Assembly (NCBI GenBank): GCA_027295705.1
Contig: JAPUKJ010000040.1
Coordinates: forward strand, 1 to 41,129
DNA from: Ignavibacteria bacterium
GTDB lineage: Bacteria > Bacteroidota > Ignavibacteria > UBA10030 > UBA6906
Reading direction: 5' to 3'
DNA length: 41,129 bases
Both the position numbers and the translations under genes were made by a program. Numbering within the stretch: position 1 is the stretch's first letter; each line of letters opens with the position of its first letter. The notes beneath the pieces are model-generated. The model did not search any database, had not been told where the DNA came from, and saw nothing but the letters and a program-made list of their open reading frames with translations. Shown one piece after another: positions 10,652 to 20,796 of this stretch.

Positions 10652-11971
10652 ATGGAATTCCTGTTGTTGTTAGGAAAAATTGCAACTGTCTTTGGACTAG
10701 TGTTCCTCAACGGCTTTTTCGTTGCAGCTGAATTTGCAATTGTCAAGGTTCGGGCAACCCAGATCGAGCCGTTAGTCAAAACTGGAAGCAAACGGGCCCG
10801 CAAAGCTGAGAATATCATCAATCATCTTGATACGTACCTCTCAGCAACTCAGCTAGGTATTACACTGGCGAGCCTTGGATTAGGCTGGATCGGCGAACCA
10901 TTTATAGCGCATCTATTGGAACCGCTGTTCATATGGGTGGGAATCACTCAGCCCGCAATTGTGACCTCCATCTCATTTGCAGTTGCGTTCTCAATAATTA
11001 CGTTTCTCCATATCGTGCTCGGAGAACTTGCTCCCAAATCGCTCGCCATCCAGCGCCCTCAGGGGACAACGCTAACTTTAGCATCGCCCCTCCATTTTTT
11101 TTTCGTCCTGTTTCGTCCGTTCATCTGGGTGCTCAACGGAACAGCGAACTTTTTTCTCAGACGTGTCGGCATCGCTCCTGTAGGTGAAAGCGACCTGGCA
11201 CATTCAGAGGAGGAACTGCGCCTGCTGCTGGGCAAAGGGAAGACCATCTCCAGCACCGGCAAAAGCATCTTGCTGAAGGCAATGGAGTTGCGCAAAAGGA
11301 TGGTACGGGAAGTAATGGTACCTAGAACCGATATCGCTTTCCTCTCAACAGAAAAGACGATTGAGGAGAGTATCGCGATCGCCTCGGAGAATCAATTTAC
11401 ACGGTATCCGTTATGCGAGAAAGATTTGGATAATGTAATAGGCATGATTCATCTCAAAGATCTGTTCAAGCTAAAGGGCACGCAGGGAGATGGGACAGAG
11501 TTGCGGAGAATCAAGCGTGAGATGATTTTCGTTCCGGAGACAACCTCGCTTGAAAGGATCCTCAATACCTTCTTGGCCAAGCACATTCTGATGGCAATTG
11601 CTGTTGATGAATATGGTGGTACTGCCGGTCTTGTGACTCTTGAGAATGTACTTGAGGAGCTGGTTGGTGAAATACGCGACGAATTTGATGTGGAGCCATT
11701 GATGGTGCAAAAGGTTTCCGACTCGGAATATTTGGTTGACGGAACGATGCCACTGCACGACTTTGCTCGCATGTTCGAGGTTGCCCCGAACTCAAAGGAT
11801 GTCGTCACTGTCAGCGGGTACGCAATCCAAATTCTCGGCGATGTTCCTGTGAAAGGCACAACGCTTCAGATTGGCAGCTGGCTTGGCACAGTAGAGGCAA
11901 CGGAAGGGAGCAAAGTGAAAACACTCCGCTTAAGGAAACTTCTGTTGCCAGATAAGGTTCCTGAAGCATAG
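10652..11971 (+). CDS. Hemolysin-family / CNNM (DUF21)-CBS-CorC_HlyC membrane protein
   Basis: NGFFVAAEFA, QLGITLASLGLGW, GELAPKS, tandem CBS domains, VDEYGGTAGLVTLENVLEELVGEIRDE. Confidence 0.92.
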   Translation: MEFLLLLGKIATVFGLVFLNGFFVAAEFAIVKVRATQIEPLVKTGSKRARKAENIINHLDTYLSATQLGITLASLGLGWIGEPFIAHLLEPLFIWVGITQPAIVTSISFAVAFSIITFLHIVLGELAPKSLAIQRPQGTTLTLASPLHFFFVLFRPFIWVLNGTANFFLRRVGIAPVGESDLAHSEEELRLLLGKGKTISSTGKSILLKAMELRKRMVREVMVPRTDIAFLSTEKTIEESIAIASENQFTRYPLCEKDLDNVIGMIHLKDLFKLKGTQGDGTELRRIKREMIFVPETTSLERILNTFLAKHILMAIAVDEYGGTAGLVTLENVLEELVGEIRDEFDVEPLMVQKVSDSEYLVDGTMPLHDFARMFEVAPNSKDVVTVSGYAIQILGDVPVKGTTLQIGSWLGTVEATEGSKVKTLRLRKLLLPDKVPEA

Positions 11972-12031
11972 GCTTTTGAAGAAATGCGGCCTCAATTGTT
12001 TTCTCTGATTGGCTTACAAAGTAGGAGAGGA

Positions 12032-12736
12032 ATGAGTTACGCGATGCTTTTTCTTCTCGTTCTAGTCTTCTCTGGATCTTCTCTCCACGCACAATATTAT
12101 GACGACAGACCATACCAGCAATCACATGCTCGTTATCTAAGTGCAGGGTTCCTATACAGTGCGTTTAATCGAAGGAGTTCCAACCGAGTGGCTGACTCCC
12201 TGGCAATAGAATTCAACCGAATCATGCCAGTAGTTGCGTACCGGCAAGGGCTGCTTGAGATTGCGTTTGGTTATACCCGGTATACATTACAAGGGGAATC
12301 TCGTTCGGCCATTTTCTTTGGAGGAACTTATTCGAATGAGCTTCTGCTCACTGGGAGCCGGGGTAGCGCCCTCCTTTTGCCAGTTCTATTGTCCACCGAT
12401 TTTACAAAGGCTGAAGGAAACAGTACGGTGCGTGAGGACTTCAATATCGCAAGCGTTGGGATCGGTGGTGGTCTGAAGTATCGATATTTTCATGAGACTA
12501 TTGATCTGTCTTTGAGGGCGGTAGAAGTTATCCATTTCAGTTTCGAAGGACTTGGTGTGGGAAATGGGTTCTCTGCTGCGACTATTGCTGAAGTTGCGTT
12601 CCTTCTCAAGGATGCTCTTGTGTTGGATGGGATTGTGTTCGGCTACCGCTTTCGGCTGCAGACTTGGTCCATGGACAACACTGATTTCAATTATAGATCC
12701 ATCTCACATGGACCATTTGTTGGAGTGATGTTCTAG
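12032..12736 (+). CDS. Hypothetical exported protein, probable outer-membrane beta-barrel
   Basis: ATG 12032 follows AGGAGAGG (track start 11984). Signal peptide ending LHA-Q, amphipathic beta-strand pattern, terminal Phe (GPFVGVMF). Confidence 0.65.
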   Translation: MSYAMLFLLVLVFSGSSLHAQYYDDRPYQQSHARYLSAGFLYSAFNRRSSNRVADSLAIEFNRIMPVVAYRQGLLEIAFGYTRYTLQGESRSAIFFGGTYSNELLLTGSRGSALLLPVLLSTDFTKAEGNSTVREDFNIASVGIGGGLKYRYFHETIDLSLRAVEVIHFSFEGLGVGNGFSAATIAEVAFLLKDALVLDGIVFGYRFRLQTWSMDNTDFNYRSISHGPFVGVMF

Positions 12737-12795
12737 ATTCATTTCATGTATCCATGCGGGGATAAGAGAAACAAAGAGGAAAATTGTCCTTGCTA

Positions 12796-13844
12796 ATGTA
12801 CTTGCAATACTTCATCGTTGTTCTTCTGCTGAGTGTGCCGTGGGTAAGTGTAATATCCATTGGTACAAAGCGGAGAAGACGAAACGATTGTGGTCGCTTG
12901 GTGGAATCTCGAAAACCTTTTTGATACAACAAATGATGTAGACCGGCTTCTGCAGTTCGGAAGTGATGACGAGTTTACTCCGCAGGGAACCAAAGAGCGG
13001 ACATTGAATCGCTATGAACAAAAACTTCGCAATGTGGCTTCGGTCATCAGTTTGATGAACGACGGTGAAGGGCCTGACATTCTGGGGGTGTGCGAAGTAG
13101 AGCATGAGCATGTCTTGCGTGAACTCGCTCGAAGGTACCTTGCAGACATGAACTACGAGGTCGTGTATCATGAATCACCTGATGCGCGGGGAATCGATGT
13201 TTCGTTCATTAGTATAAGGCCGACGTTCTTGAGCTTCTTTCGTGGGGCTACAGGAAGGTCCCCCTTCCAGCCGATGGACCACCGACGCGTGATATCGTCT
13301 TTGCCGAATTCCAGTGTGAATCAGGCCGACTTGTTTGCATTGGCAATCATTGGCCTTCTCGAAGAGGCGGCGCTGAAGAATCTGAACCGCGGCGGGTCCT
13401 CGCTGCAAAGATCTGTCGAGCTGTGGTGGATTCTATTCTTTACAGCTCACCATCAAAAAATATCGTTGTTACGGGTGACTTTAATGACTACCCAACGGAT
13501 ATCTCTATGACCAGCTTCCTGAGGGCCTCCCTAGATAGCCAGGCAGTGCGCGAGGAGCCTACGTCCCTGCTGTATAATTGTATGGCTGAATGGAATGCGG
13601 ATACGACTCGGGGGACGTATCTGTATCGGGGTCAGTGGAATGTTTTGGACCACTTTGTCTATCCTCGAGTTTACTGGGGGCAGGGGTAATGCGGTTTCAA
13701 GGTGTTGACATATACGACCGTGAATTTCTGAAGGAGAAAAGCGGCCCTCATGCTGGCGCACCGTGGCCCACGTATGGTGGCAGGGAGTATTTAGGTGGTT
13801 ATAGCGACCAATTTCCTGCTTCGCATCGGCGTCATGGACAATGA
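12796..13844 (+). pseudogene. Frameshifted secreted endonuclease/exonuclease/phosphatase (EEP) family gene
   Basis: Motifs lie in four segments across three frameshifts (near 12860, 13210, 13658): signal peptide; WNLENLFD..PDILGVCEVE..DARGIDV; TRD..NHWPSRRGG..GDFND..WNVLDH; YLGGYSDQFP. Confidence 0.85.
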
Positions 13845-14133
13845 TGGTGAGCGGGAGTGATACACGGACTTGTTTTTCGGCTCGATGACTGATAAATTGT
13901 GATTAAGGATATTCGGTCACGTGTTGATGCGGGTATTCGTAGTATGAGATGATCACAAGTAAAGATAGTCTAGATGTTTTCTGTCCTTCGGGGGGACTAC
14001 AAAAGTGTGCTAGCTGTAGAGATATAGTGAAACACCATAAACGGCAGGATAATGGGTTGCTTGCAGCAAGTGAAGATGAGGAGACGACCCTTGGCGAGGT
14101 TGTTCAGCAGGGAAAAAATGGGCAAATTTCGGC

Positions 14134-14162
14134 TTGCATTTTGCAAGACCACTTAATATATT
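14134..14162 (+). promoter_or_regulatory. Putative sigma70-type promoter upstream of STAS-exbBDD-tonB
   Basis: TTGCAT-N17-TATATT. Confidence 0.55.
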
Positions 14163-14497
14163 GACAGTTAACAAGTTGCCCGTCTTTCTCCCTGTTGTAT
14201 GAGTCTCATCGTGCACATTGCAAGAGTGTGACCGATTTCCGCCTTGGGAAAAACCAAAACTTCTAGATAACCTTGTCAGGATGGCGGAATTGTCAACACT
14301 TTACCATAGGAGTTGACCCCCACTTTGAGACGGCATAAGTCAAGTAAAACGTCACGTGCACTATCCCCACCATGGTTACCAGCATTCAGGGGACAACTAC
14401 ATCGTCGCAGATGCTATTCATGCGAGATCAGTTCCTTATCTTGCCCAGCATGGATCGTTAAATAACCAATAGTATCGGTCAGTTCTTCGGAGATACA

Positions 14498-14854
14498 ATG
14501 GCACATAAGATAACAACACTGCAGGGCGGCACAATCGGCGTGATTGAAGCGAAGGGCTCGTTGGTGGGAGGAGAGGAAACTGACGAGCTGCGCAATGCCG
14601 TGACAGATTTTAATGACCAAGGAAACAAAAAACTTATCATCGACCTCAGTAAAGTAACATACATGAACAGTACGGCTATCGGCGTGCTTGTTTCCGCACA
14701 CATGACGTACTCGAAGAACAAGGGGCAGGTGAAACTTTGTGGTATCAACAAGAACATCAACAACATATTTGTGATCACGAAACTCACTCTAGTTTTTGAT
14801 GTGTGTGAAACCCGTGACGCCGCGGTCAAGAGTTTTGAACAAGCTAAGGTTTGA
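14498..14854 (+). CDS. STAS-domain anti-sigma factor antagonist
   Basis: IIDLSKVTYMNSTAIGVLV with the conserved phosphorylatable Ser; 118 aa. Confidence 0.9.
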   Translation: MAHKITTLQGGTIGVIEAKGSLVGGEETDELRNAVTDFNDQGNKKLIIDLSKVTYMNSTAIGVLVSAHMTYSKNKGQVKLCGINKNINNIFVITKLTLVFDVCETRDAAVKSFEQAKV

Positions 14855-14921
14855 CACACCCGGATTGGATAAATAGACATAATTAATAACTCACTTTAAA
14901 ACTTACCAAAGGAGTTCATCG

Positions 14922-15701
14922 ATGAAGCAATCTGTTTTTCTTAGTGCGGTCATCATTATTACGTTGGCCGTTGCGATTTCCATCTGGTGGTTCATTCTTG
15001 GAAATCCAGAAAATTTCAAGGATGGCACAACACGTCAGGTTCCTAACAACATAATGGGCACAGTTCACACCGGCGGATATGTTGTTCCGTTTCTGATCTG
15101 CCTCACGCTTATGAATCTTACGCTGATCTTCGAGCGCATGTTCTCGCTCAGAAAGGCAAACGGACGTGCAGCCCTCCCCCTGTTCCTAAAGTCTGTGCAG
15201 CGTAAGCTCATGGACGGTAAAGTTGATGAAGCCATACGGGCTTGTGACTCGCAGCGCGGGTCCGCCGCCGCCATCATCCGCACTGGGCTGGAACGATACA
15301 AAACGCTGGTAGCGGATAGGAAACTGGATGCAGAGAAAAGAATGTCTGAAACCCAGAGGTCGATTGAAGAGGCGACAAGTCTAGAAACGCCGTTACTGGA
15401 GCGCAATCTCGTTGTTTTGTCGACGATCGCGTCGATTGCGACGATGGCAGGACTCTTGGGGACAACCATCGGCATGATTCGTGCGTTTGAGGCTCTTGCT
15501 AGAGCAGGTGCGCCTGACGCAATCCAGCTTTCAATCGGAATCTCGGAGGCGTTGATCAATACCGCGTTGGGGCTGTTGGCTGCCATGATAGGGATTTTGG
15601 CGTACAATTATTTCACAACGAGGGTGGACAATTTCACATACATGATCGACGAAGCAAGTTACAACGTTGTTCAGATATTGAACACAAAGTCCACTGAGTA
15701 A
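14922..15701 (+). CDS. exbB: MotA/TolQ/ExbB proton channel protein
   Basis: ATMAGLLGTTIGMIRAF, GISEALINTALGL. Confidence 0.92.
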   Translation: MKQSVFLSAVIIITLAVAISIWWFILGNPENFKDGTTRQVPNNIMGTVHTGGYVVPFLICLTLMNLTLIFERMFSLRKANGRAALPLFLKSVQRKLMDGKVDEAIRACDSQRGSAAAIIRTGLERYKTLVADRKLDAEKRMSETQRSIEEATSLETPLLERNLVVLSTIASIATMAGLLGTTIGMIRAFEALARAGAPDAIQLSIGISEALINTALGLLAAMIGILAYNYFTTRVDNFTYMIDEASYNVVQILNTKSTE

Positions 15702-15719
15702 TACCGGAGCGCGAACGAC

Positions 15720-16199
15720 ATGCCAAGAATTAAAGTACGCCGTGTCGGAATCAGGATCGACATGACACCACTAGTGGATATTGCGTTCCTGCTACTGACG
15801 TTCTTCATGATGACGACGCAATTCAAGCCCCTTGAAGAGGTGGAAATAATCTTGCCATCGTCACACTCGGAGTTCAAGCTGCCGGAATCCGATGTCATGA
15901 CGATAAACATCGGTGAGGACGGCAGGATATTCCTCGGTTTTGACTCACAGATATTGCGTGGGCGGCTTTTTGGTGAAGAGAATAAGTTGAAGCTGAGCAT
16001 AGAGGTTCCCAAGAATCAGCTTGCCAACCTCCTCATCAAGGCCCGGACAGCAAACCCGAAGCTGCGCACGGTGATCAAGGGGGATAGACGTGCTGAGTAT
16101 GGGATTGCGGAGGATGTCATGAATATCCTACAGAAAACAAAGATTACACGATTCAATCTTGTTACGAATCTGTCAACTAAAGATCGTACAAGCTTGTAG
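15720..16199 (+). CDS. exbD: ExbD/TolR biopolymer transport protein (copy 1)
   Basis: DMTPLVDIAFLLLTFFM TM motif, VIKGD...YG. Confidence 0.92.
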   Translation: MPRIKVRRVGIRIDMTPLVDIAFLLLTFFMMTTQFKPLEEVEIILPSSHSEFKLPESDVMTINIGEDGRIFLGFDSQILRGRLFGEENKLKLSIEVPKNQLANLLIKARTANPKLRTVIKGDRRAEYGIAEDVMNILQKTKITRFNLVTNLSTKDRTSL

Positions 16200-16248
16200 C
16201 GGGTTTCTTAGTACGCGGAACAAAATTCTATTCAGGAGGATTTAATAT

Positions 16249-16749
16249 ATGGGCGCTGTAGGAGATCTTGCTCAAGAGCCAAGAAAACGCGGCAAAGGGA
16301 AAAAACGGAAAAAGTCTAGGAGGATCGGAATACGTATTGACATGACACCACTGGTGGACATCGCGTTTCTGCTCCTCACATTCTTTATGATGACAACAAC
16401 AATGGCTCGTCCGCAGACAATGGAGATCAATCTTCCGCCAGCAGATGTGGAAGTTGAGATTGCAGAATCCAATCTCCTCACGCTGCGGGTGAATGAAGAA
16501 GGGGAGATTTTCTGGAGTATTGGAATTGAAGCGCCGGAGAAACTTGAGTTCGAGAATCTCCGTAGATTCTTGAGAGATCGCTCTAGCACCAACCCTAATC
16601 TTGTCACGTTGGTGAAGATTGACCGGTCGGGGAAATACGAGATGATGGTGAACTTGATGGACGAGCTCAATCTCGCTGATATTCAGCGTTTCAGCCTTAC
16701 ACCTTTACTTGAGAGAGACAAGGAGCTCTTGGCTAAAGTGAAATCATAA
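16249..16749 (+). CDS. exbD: ExbD/TolR biopolymer transport protein (copy 2)
   Basis: Same TM motif; basic N-terminus; YEMMVNLMDEL; AGGAGG RBS. Confidence 0.92.
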   Translation: MGAVGDLAQEPRKRGKGKKRKKSRRIGIRIDMTPLVDIAFLLLTFFMMTTTMARPQTMEINLPPADVEVEIAESNLLTLRVNEEGEIFWSIGIEAPEKLEFENLRRFLRDRSSTNPNLVTLVKIDRSGKYEMMVNLMDELNLADIQRFSLTPLLERDKELLAKVKS

Positions 16750-16781
16750 GAAATGAAGTCACATCTGGAGGGAGAGTAACC

Positions 16782-17519
16782 ATGACCACAGCGTCTATAG
16801 CAACTAGTGTTCACGGTGTCGACTACGGTGCTGTTGAGTTAAAGCGGGTTCTTCAGAAGTACTGGGTGTTGGGACTTTCAATTTCCATTACGATTCACTT
16901 CATCGCAGTAGGTACGTATTATTTGGTGGGAATCCTTGGCCAGGAAGAGGAACCTGCGGTTATGGTCCGAATCATGAAGTACAGCGACCTTGGTCCACCA
17001 CCGTCCATAGCAAATGTGAATACACCTCCCCCAATTGCTGTTTCAGCTCCTGTTGCAAAGCCGACAGTGGGGGCGCCAGTTCCTGTGCCTGACGCCGAGG
17101 TGAGCCCAGAGCAGACCATTGCTACTCAGACTGAAATGAGTCAGCAAATAGCTCCGGTGATGGAAACAGGCGAAGGTGAGTTCGCAATTGTGCCGGACAT
17201 TTTTATTGAAGATGATACACCCCCGGCAGATTTCGTGCCGGTGGAGAAACAGCCCCAGATTGTAAAAAAGGTTAAGCCTGTATACCCGGACTTGGCGATG
17301 CGGGCTGGACTCGAGGGAAAAGTGTGGGTGAAGATCTGGGTTGACAAGGAAGGAAAAGTGAGAGAGGTTCGAATTCTCAAGAGCGACGCTGAGATATTTG
17401 ATGAACCAGCAATTGAGGCAGCAAAGCAGTTTATCTTCACGCCGGCCTATATGAACAAAGGCCCAGTGTCTGTTTGGGTCTCCGTTCCGTTCAAATTCCA
17501 GCTCGCTGACCGAAACTAA
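16782..17519 (+). CDS. tonB: Energy transducer TonB
   Basis: YGAVELKR N-terminus (FCB type), TM helix with His, Pro-rich linker, YPDLAMRAGLEGKVWV TonB_C domain. Confidence 0.92.
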   Translation: MTTASIATSVHGVDYGAVELKRVLQKYWVLGLSISITIHFIAVGTYYLVGILGQEEEPAVMVRIMKYSDLGPPPSIANVNTPPPIAVSAPVAKPTVGAPVPVPDAEVSPEQTIATQTEMSQQIAPVMETGEGEFAIVPDIFIEDDTPPADFVPVEKQPQIVKKVKPVYPDLAMRAGLEGKVWVKIWVDKEGKVREVRILKSDAEIFDEPAIEAAKQFIFTPAYMNKGPVSVWVSVPFKFQLADRN

Positions 17520-17573
17520 GACGCACTGCTGGCTCGATTGTTCCATTTCAATTTTCGTACGCTGAGAAGCAGA

Positions 17574-17610
17574 AGGGGAAGGACACCATCACTGCCTTCC
17601 CCTCTTTTTT
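17574..17610 (+). terminator. Terminator-like hairpin after tonB
   Basis: AGGGGAAGG-N12-CCTTCCCCT followed by CTTTTTT. Confidence 0.55.
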
Positions 17611-17630
17611 GGTTTTGAGAGAGCAAGGCT

Positions 17631-17828
17631 TTGAGTCTTCCCGCTGTTTTTAGGTATACAATTTTTGGGCTATCGGTTGCTGTGATGGTATTGGGTGTGC
17701 TCTTCATGTTTGGAGTGATTGGTCCGGCTAACATACCGGAACAATTTCGTATGATAATGGGTGCAGTCATCTTTCTCTACGGCGCGTACCGATTTACGGT
17801 TGCCTATTTCAGAAGGTCACAACAATAG
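17631..17828 (+). CDS. Small two-TM membrane protein
   Basis: 65 aa, two hydrophobic helices, G-x-x-x-x-LYGAYR; fits the operon with a 7-bp gap to the next gene; TTG start. Confidence 0.65.
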   Translation: MSLPAVFRYTIFGLSVAVMVLGVLFMFGVIGPANIPEQFRMIMGAVIFLYGAYRFTVAYFRRSQQ

Positions 17829-17835
17829 TTACTAA

Positions 17836-18762
17836 ATGCAGCACTACATTCGAGTTGTCTTGTTGGGGACTTTATTTGTTGTCGCTGCTATAGGATGTGA
17901 GCAACGGCGGGATGTGTCTACAACCAGAGGATCGGTCACAATTGAGTGTGATGAGTCGCTCATGCCGGTAATGCAATTGCAGGCTGAGGATTTCGAACGC
18001 TCATACACAGAGGCCGCGGTGAGGCTTCGTTCTGTGCAGGCGCGGGAAGCAATTGCCGACTTTGTGGATGACAGTGTTAGAGTTATCGTAACTGCAAGAC
18101 CGTTTAATAAGGAGGAGCGGGATGTTATTGCTACTGCGAAGATTGAGTATAAGGAATTTAACGTCGCACTTGATGCTGTAGCAGTGATCATGCACAAGGA
18201 TAACCCGACAAAAGAACTCCGTATCAGTGAGCTTGACAGTATTTTTTCTGGTTTCAGCACGCGATGGTCATGGAAAACGCGAAACAATCTAATTGACGTA
18301 GCAATTTGTGGACTAAACTCCAGTACGAACGAAGTGTTTCGATCTGCAATATTGGAGGACAAGACGTTCACACTTACGGCTACGCGCTTCGATTCCAGTC
18401 AAATGCTTGTTGAATATGTTCTCACCAATCCTAATGCGATCGGGATTGTTGGTCTGAGTTGGTTAAGGGACTACGACGGACAACTACGTGTCGCTGGACT
18501 GGGTGACCCGAATGGACGGCCGGATTCAACTCAGCCCATGGGTCGGTACTATCCTCCGCTGCAAGCCCATGTATATCGTAAGTATTATCCTATTACCACG
18601 CCTGTCTATATATACACCCGGGAGATCCTTATGGATGTGGGCTTAGGATTCATCGCTTACGTCAGCAGCATTCAGGGACAAAAGATTTTCCAAGTGCATG
18701 GATTGGTGCCTGCAACCATGCCTGTTCGTTTGGTAGTAACTACCTCAGAGCCGGTCAAATAA
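17836..18762 (+). CDS. PstS-like (PBP_like_2) substrate-binding lipoprotein
   Basis: Lipobox AIGC, CDESL, VALDAVAVIMHKDNP, NSST, NAIGIVG, YPITTPVYIY. Confidence 0.85.
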   Translation: MQHYIRVVLLGTLFVVAAIGCEQRRDVSTTRGSVTIECDESLMPVMQLQAEDFERSYTEAAVRLRSVQAREAIADFVDDSVRVIVTARPFNKEERDVIATAKIEYKEFNVALDAVAVIMHKDNPTKELRISELDSIFSGFSTRWSWKTRNNLIDVAICGLNSSTNEVFRSAILEDKTFTLTATRFDSSQMLVEYVLTNPNAIGIVGLSWLRDYDGQLRVAGLGDPNGRPDSTQPMGRYYPPLQAHVYRKYYPITTPVYIYTREILMDVGLGFIAYVSSIQGQKIFQVHGLVPATMPVRLVVTTSEPVK

Positions 18763-18763
18763 C

Positions 18764-20572
18764 ATGATGCGAACCATACTCTGGATTCTCCTCGTAGTTA
18801 CAGCCCATGCTGGCGTGGCACAAGATATCTACAACAAGGCGAGAGCCTCTCTGAGCGCTGGTGATACGGCTGCTGCTGTTGCGGGCTTCGAGGACGCGCT
18901 AAAGGCAAGGCAGAAGGTGGCAGAGTCGAACTATCACCTTGGTGCGATCGTGTATGCACGGGGCAAAGTTGACGATGCAATTCGTTATCTCAAGGCATCA
19001 TTGGAAGTTGATGATGAAAATGTCGACGCACTGAAGCTTCTTGGTGATGCATTCCTTGATAAAAATGATGTGTCGAATGCATTGGTCAACTACCAGAGCG
19101 CCGCTAATCTAGAGCCCAAAGATCCAGAAGTTGCTGCGGCGTTTGGAATTGCGTTATTGGCGGCGGATTCCATCGATGCTGCAATTGTTCATCTTAGTCG
19201 TGCAAAGGAGTCTGCTCCCGACAATCCTGCGCTCTACGTTGCACTCGGTGATGCCTATTTGAAGCAGAGGGTGACCGTTCTAGGCATCAGCAATTACCAA
19301 AAAGCGGTTGAACTCGATCCGAATAATTTTGAAACCCGCTTTAAACTTGCGCGGACATTTGAGAATGACAAGCAGTACAACGAAGCGGTGAAGGAGTACC
19401 GCGCAATCCAGGAAATCGACTCAACGTTTGCTGAAGCATATTTTCAAGAGGGAAGCATCTGGTACCGGGCAAAGCAATACCGAAACGCACTCGGCCCTCT
19501 AAAGAAGTATATTCATCTGAGGCCAGAATCCTTCGAGGGGACGCTCATGTATGCGCAAGCTCTCTCTGCTGCTAACGATCATGCAGAAACTGCAAAGATA
19601 GCCTTTCAGGCACTGGGACTTAATTCGACCGCGGTTGAAACTTGGAGGTTGTACTTCCACTCTCTGGTGGAGATCAAGGATTTTGACAAAGCGGAGAGTG
19701 CCCTGAAGAGCCTCCAGAAACGGGGAGCTCTGGAAGTTGATGACTATCTGAAATTGGGCAAAATGTACTTTGGCCTGAAAAAGGAAGAAGAAGCACTCGA
19801 TTGGTACCTCAAAGCTATCGAGGTCGATTCTGCAAATTGCGATCCCTATTTTAACCTCGGCTCCCTTTACATGAAAAAGCAAATGTACGCTGAGGCAGCA
19901 AAGATGTTTGAAAGGAAGATAGTATGCAATCCTCACTCCCTTAGTTCGTACTTGAACGCTGGCGCGAGCTACATGCAAATAAAAAACTATGGGAGGGCTC
20001 GCGAGCTCTTTCTGAAGAGCATTGAATTGAAATCGGACTACCTACAAGGTCGTCTCTGGCTTGCCAGGTACTATTCGCAAGTGGATTCGCTGGATAACGC
20101 AGTCGAACAGTATGACGAGGTGCTGAAGGAAGTGGGCGGTGATCCGTCCCAAAAGAAAATCGCTGGCGAAGCACATAGTCTAAAGGGGACGGCCTATTTC
20201 ATTAAGCAACAATATTCGAGGGCGATTGACTCGTACAGCAAAGCGCTTGCGAACGGTTACGAGAATGCCAGCGTGCATTTGTCTCTGGGGCAGGCTATTT
20301 TTCTTACCCTTGATCCGAAAGGGGACAGAGCGGAGAATCGGAAGAAAACTGAAGAAGCGGTGAAACACTTCAGGAGGTGCATTGTGTTGGAATCCGGTAA
20401 TCCCCAAGGTCACCTATGGCTTGGCCAAGGTCTGATTCAGTTGCGAATTGAGGGGGAAAACGAATTGAACAAGGATCTCACAGGGAAAGCATGCGCTGAA
20501 TTCAAGAAAACACTCAAGCTCGACCCCGGAAATGAGGACGCAAAGAAAGCTATTTCGCGCTATGGTTGCTGA
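18764..20572 (+). CDS. Exported tetratricopeptide-repeat protein
   Basis: Signal peptide, repeated TPR-pattern helices over about 600 aa. Confidence 0.9.
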   Translation: MMRTILWILLVVTAHAGVAQDIYNKARASLSAGDTAAAVAGFEDALKARQKVAESNYHLGAIVYARGKVDDAIRYLKASLEVDDENVDALKLLGDAFLDKNDVSNALVNYQSAANLEPKDPEVAAAFGIALLAADSIDAAIVHLSRAKESAPDNPALYVALGDAYLKQRVTVLGISNYQKAVELDPNNFETRFKLARTFENDKQYNEAVKEYRAIQEIDSTFAEAYFQEGSIWYRAKQYRNALGPLKKYIHLRPESFEGTLMYAQALSAANDHAETAKIAFQALGLNSTAVETWRLYFHSLVEIKDFDKAESALKSLQKRGALEVDDYLKLGKMYFGLKKEEEALDWYLKAIEVDSANCDPYFNLGSLYMKKQMYAEAAKMFERKIVCNPHSLSSYLNAGASYMQIKNYGRARELFLKSIELKSDYLQGRLWLARYYSQVDSLDNAVEQYDEVLKEVGGDPSQKKIAGEAHSLKGTAYFIKQQYSRAIDSYSKALANGYENASVHLSLGQAIFLTLDPKGDRAENRKKTEEAVKHFRRCIVLESGNPQGHLWLGQGLIQLRIEGENELNKDLTGKACAEFKKTLKLDPGNEDAKKAISRYGC

Positions 20573-20767
20573 GTTCTGCTTGTGAGGATGCCACTGTTCA
20601 TAGCGTCGGTTGAAGAACAACCGATGGCGACGAACTCAGATTGGTCGTGGCGCCGCGCTATCCGGCGGGAATAAGATCATTACGCGTTGCACCGCTGCTT
20701 TTCTTTCTGAACTAACCTCCCTTTGTTAGTTATTCACTGGTTCCCTTCCACAACGCACTGGAAAATC

Positions 20768-20796
20768 TTGCTCATTTGATGTTTTTTCGATATACT
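20768..20796 (+). promoter_or_regulatory. Putative sigma70-type promoter of hppA
   Basis: TTGCTC-N17-TATACT. Confidence 0.55.

Noticed and set aside
12860-13689. Programmed frameshifting in the EEP gene
   Set aside because: Three separate shifts with no slippery heptamers, plus loss of the catalytic His.
13949-14216. ORFs 13949-14164(+) and 14010-14216(-)
   Set aside because: No recognisable features; they overlap the predicted promoter and leader.
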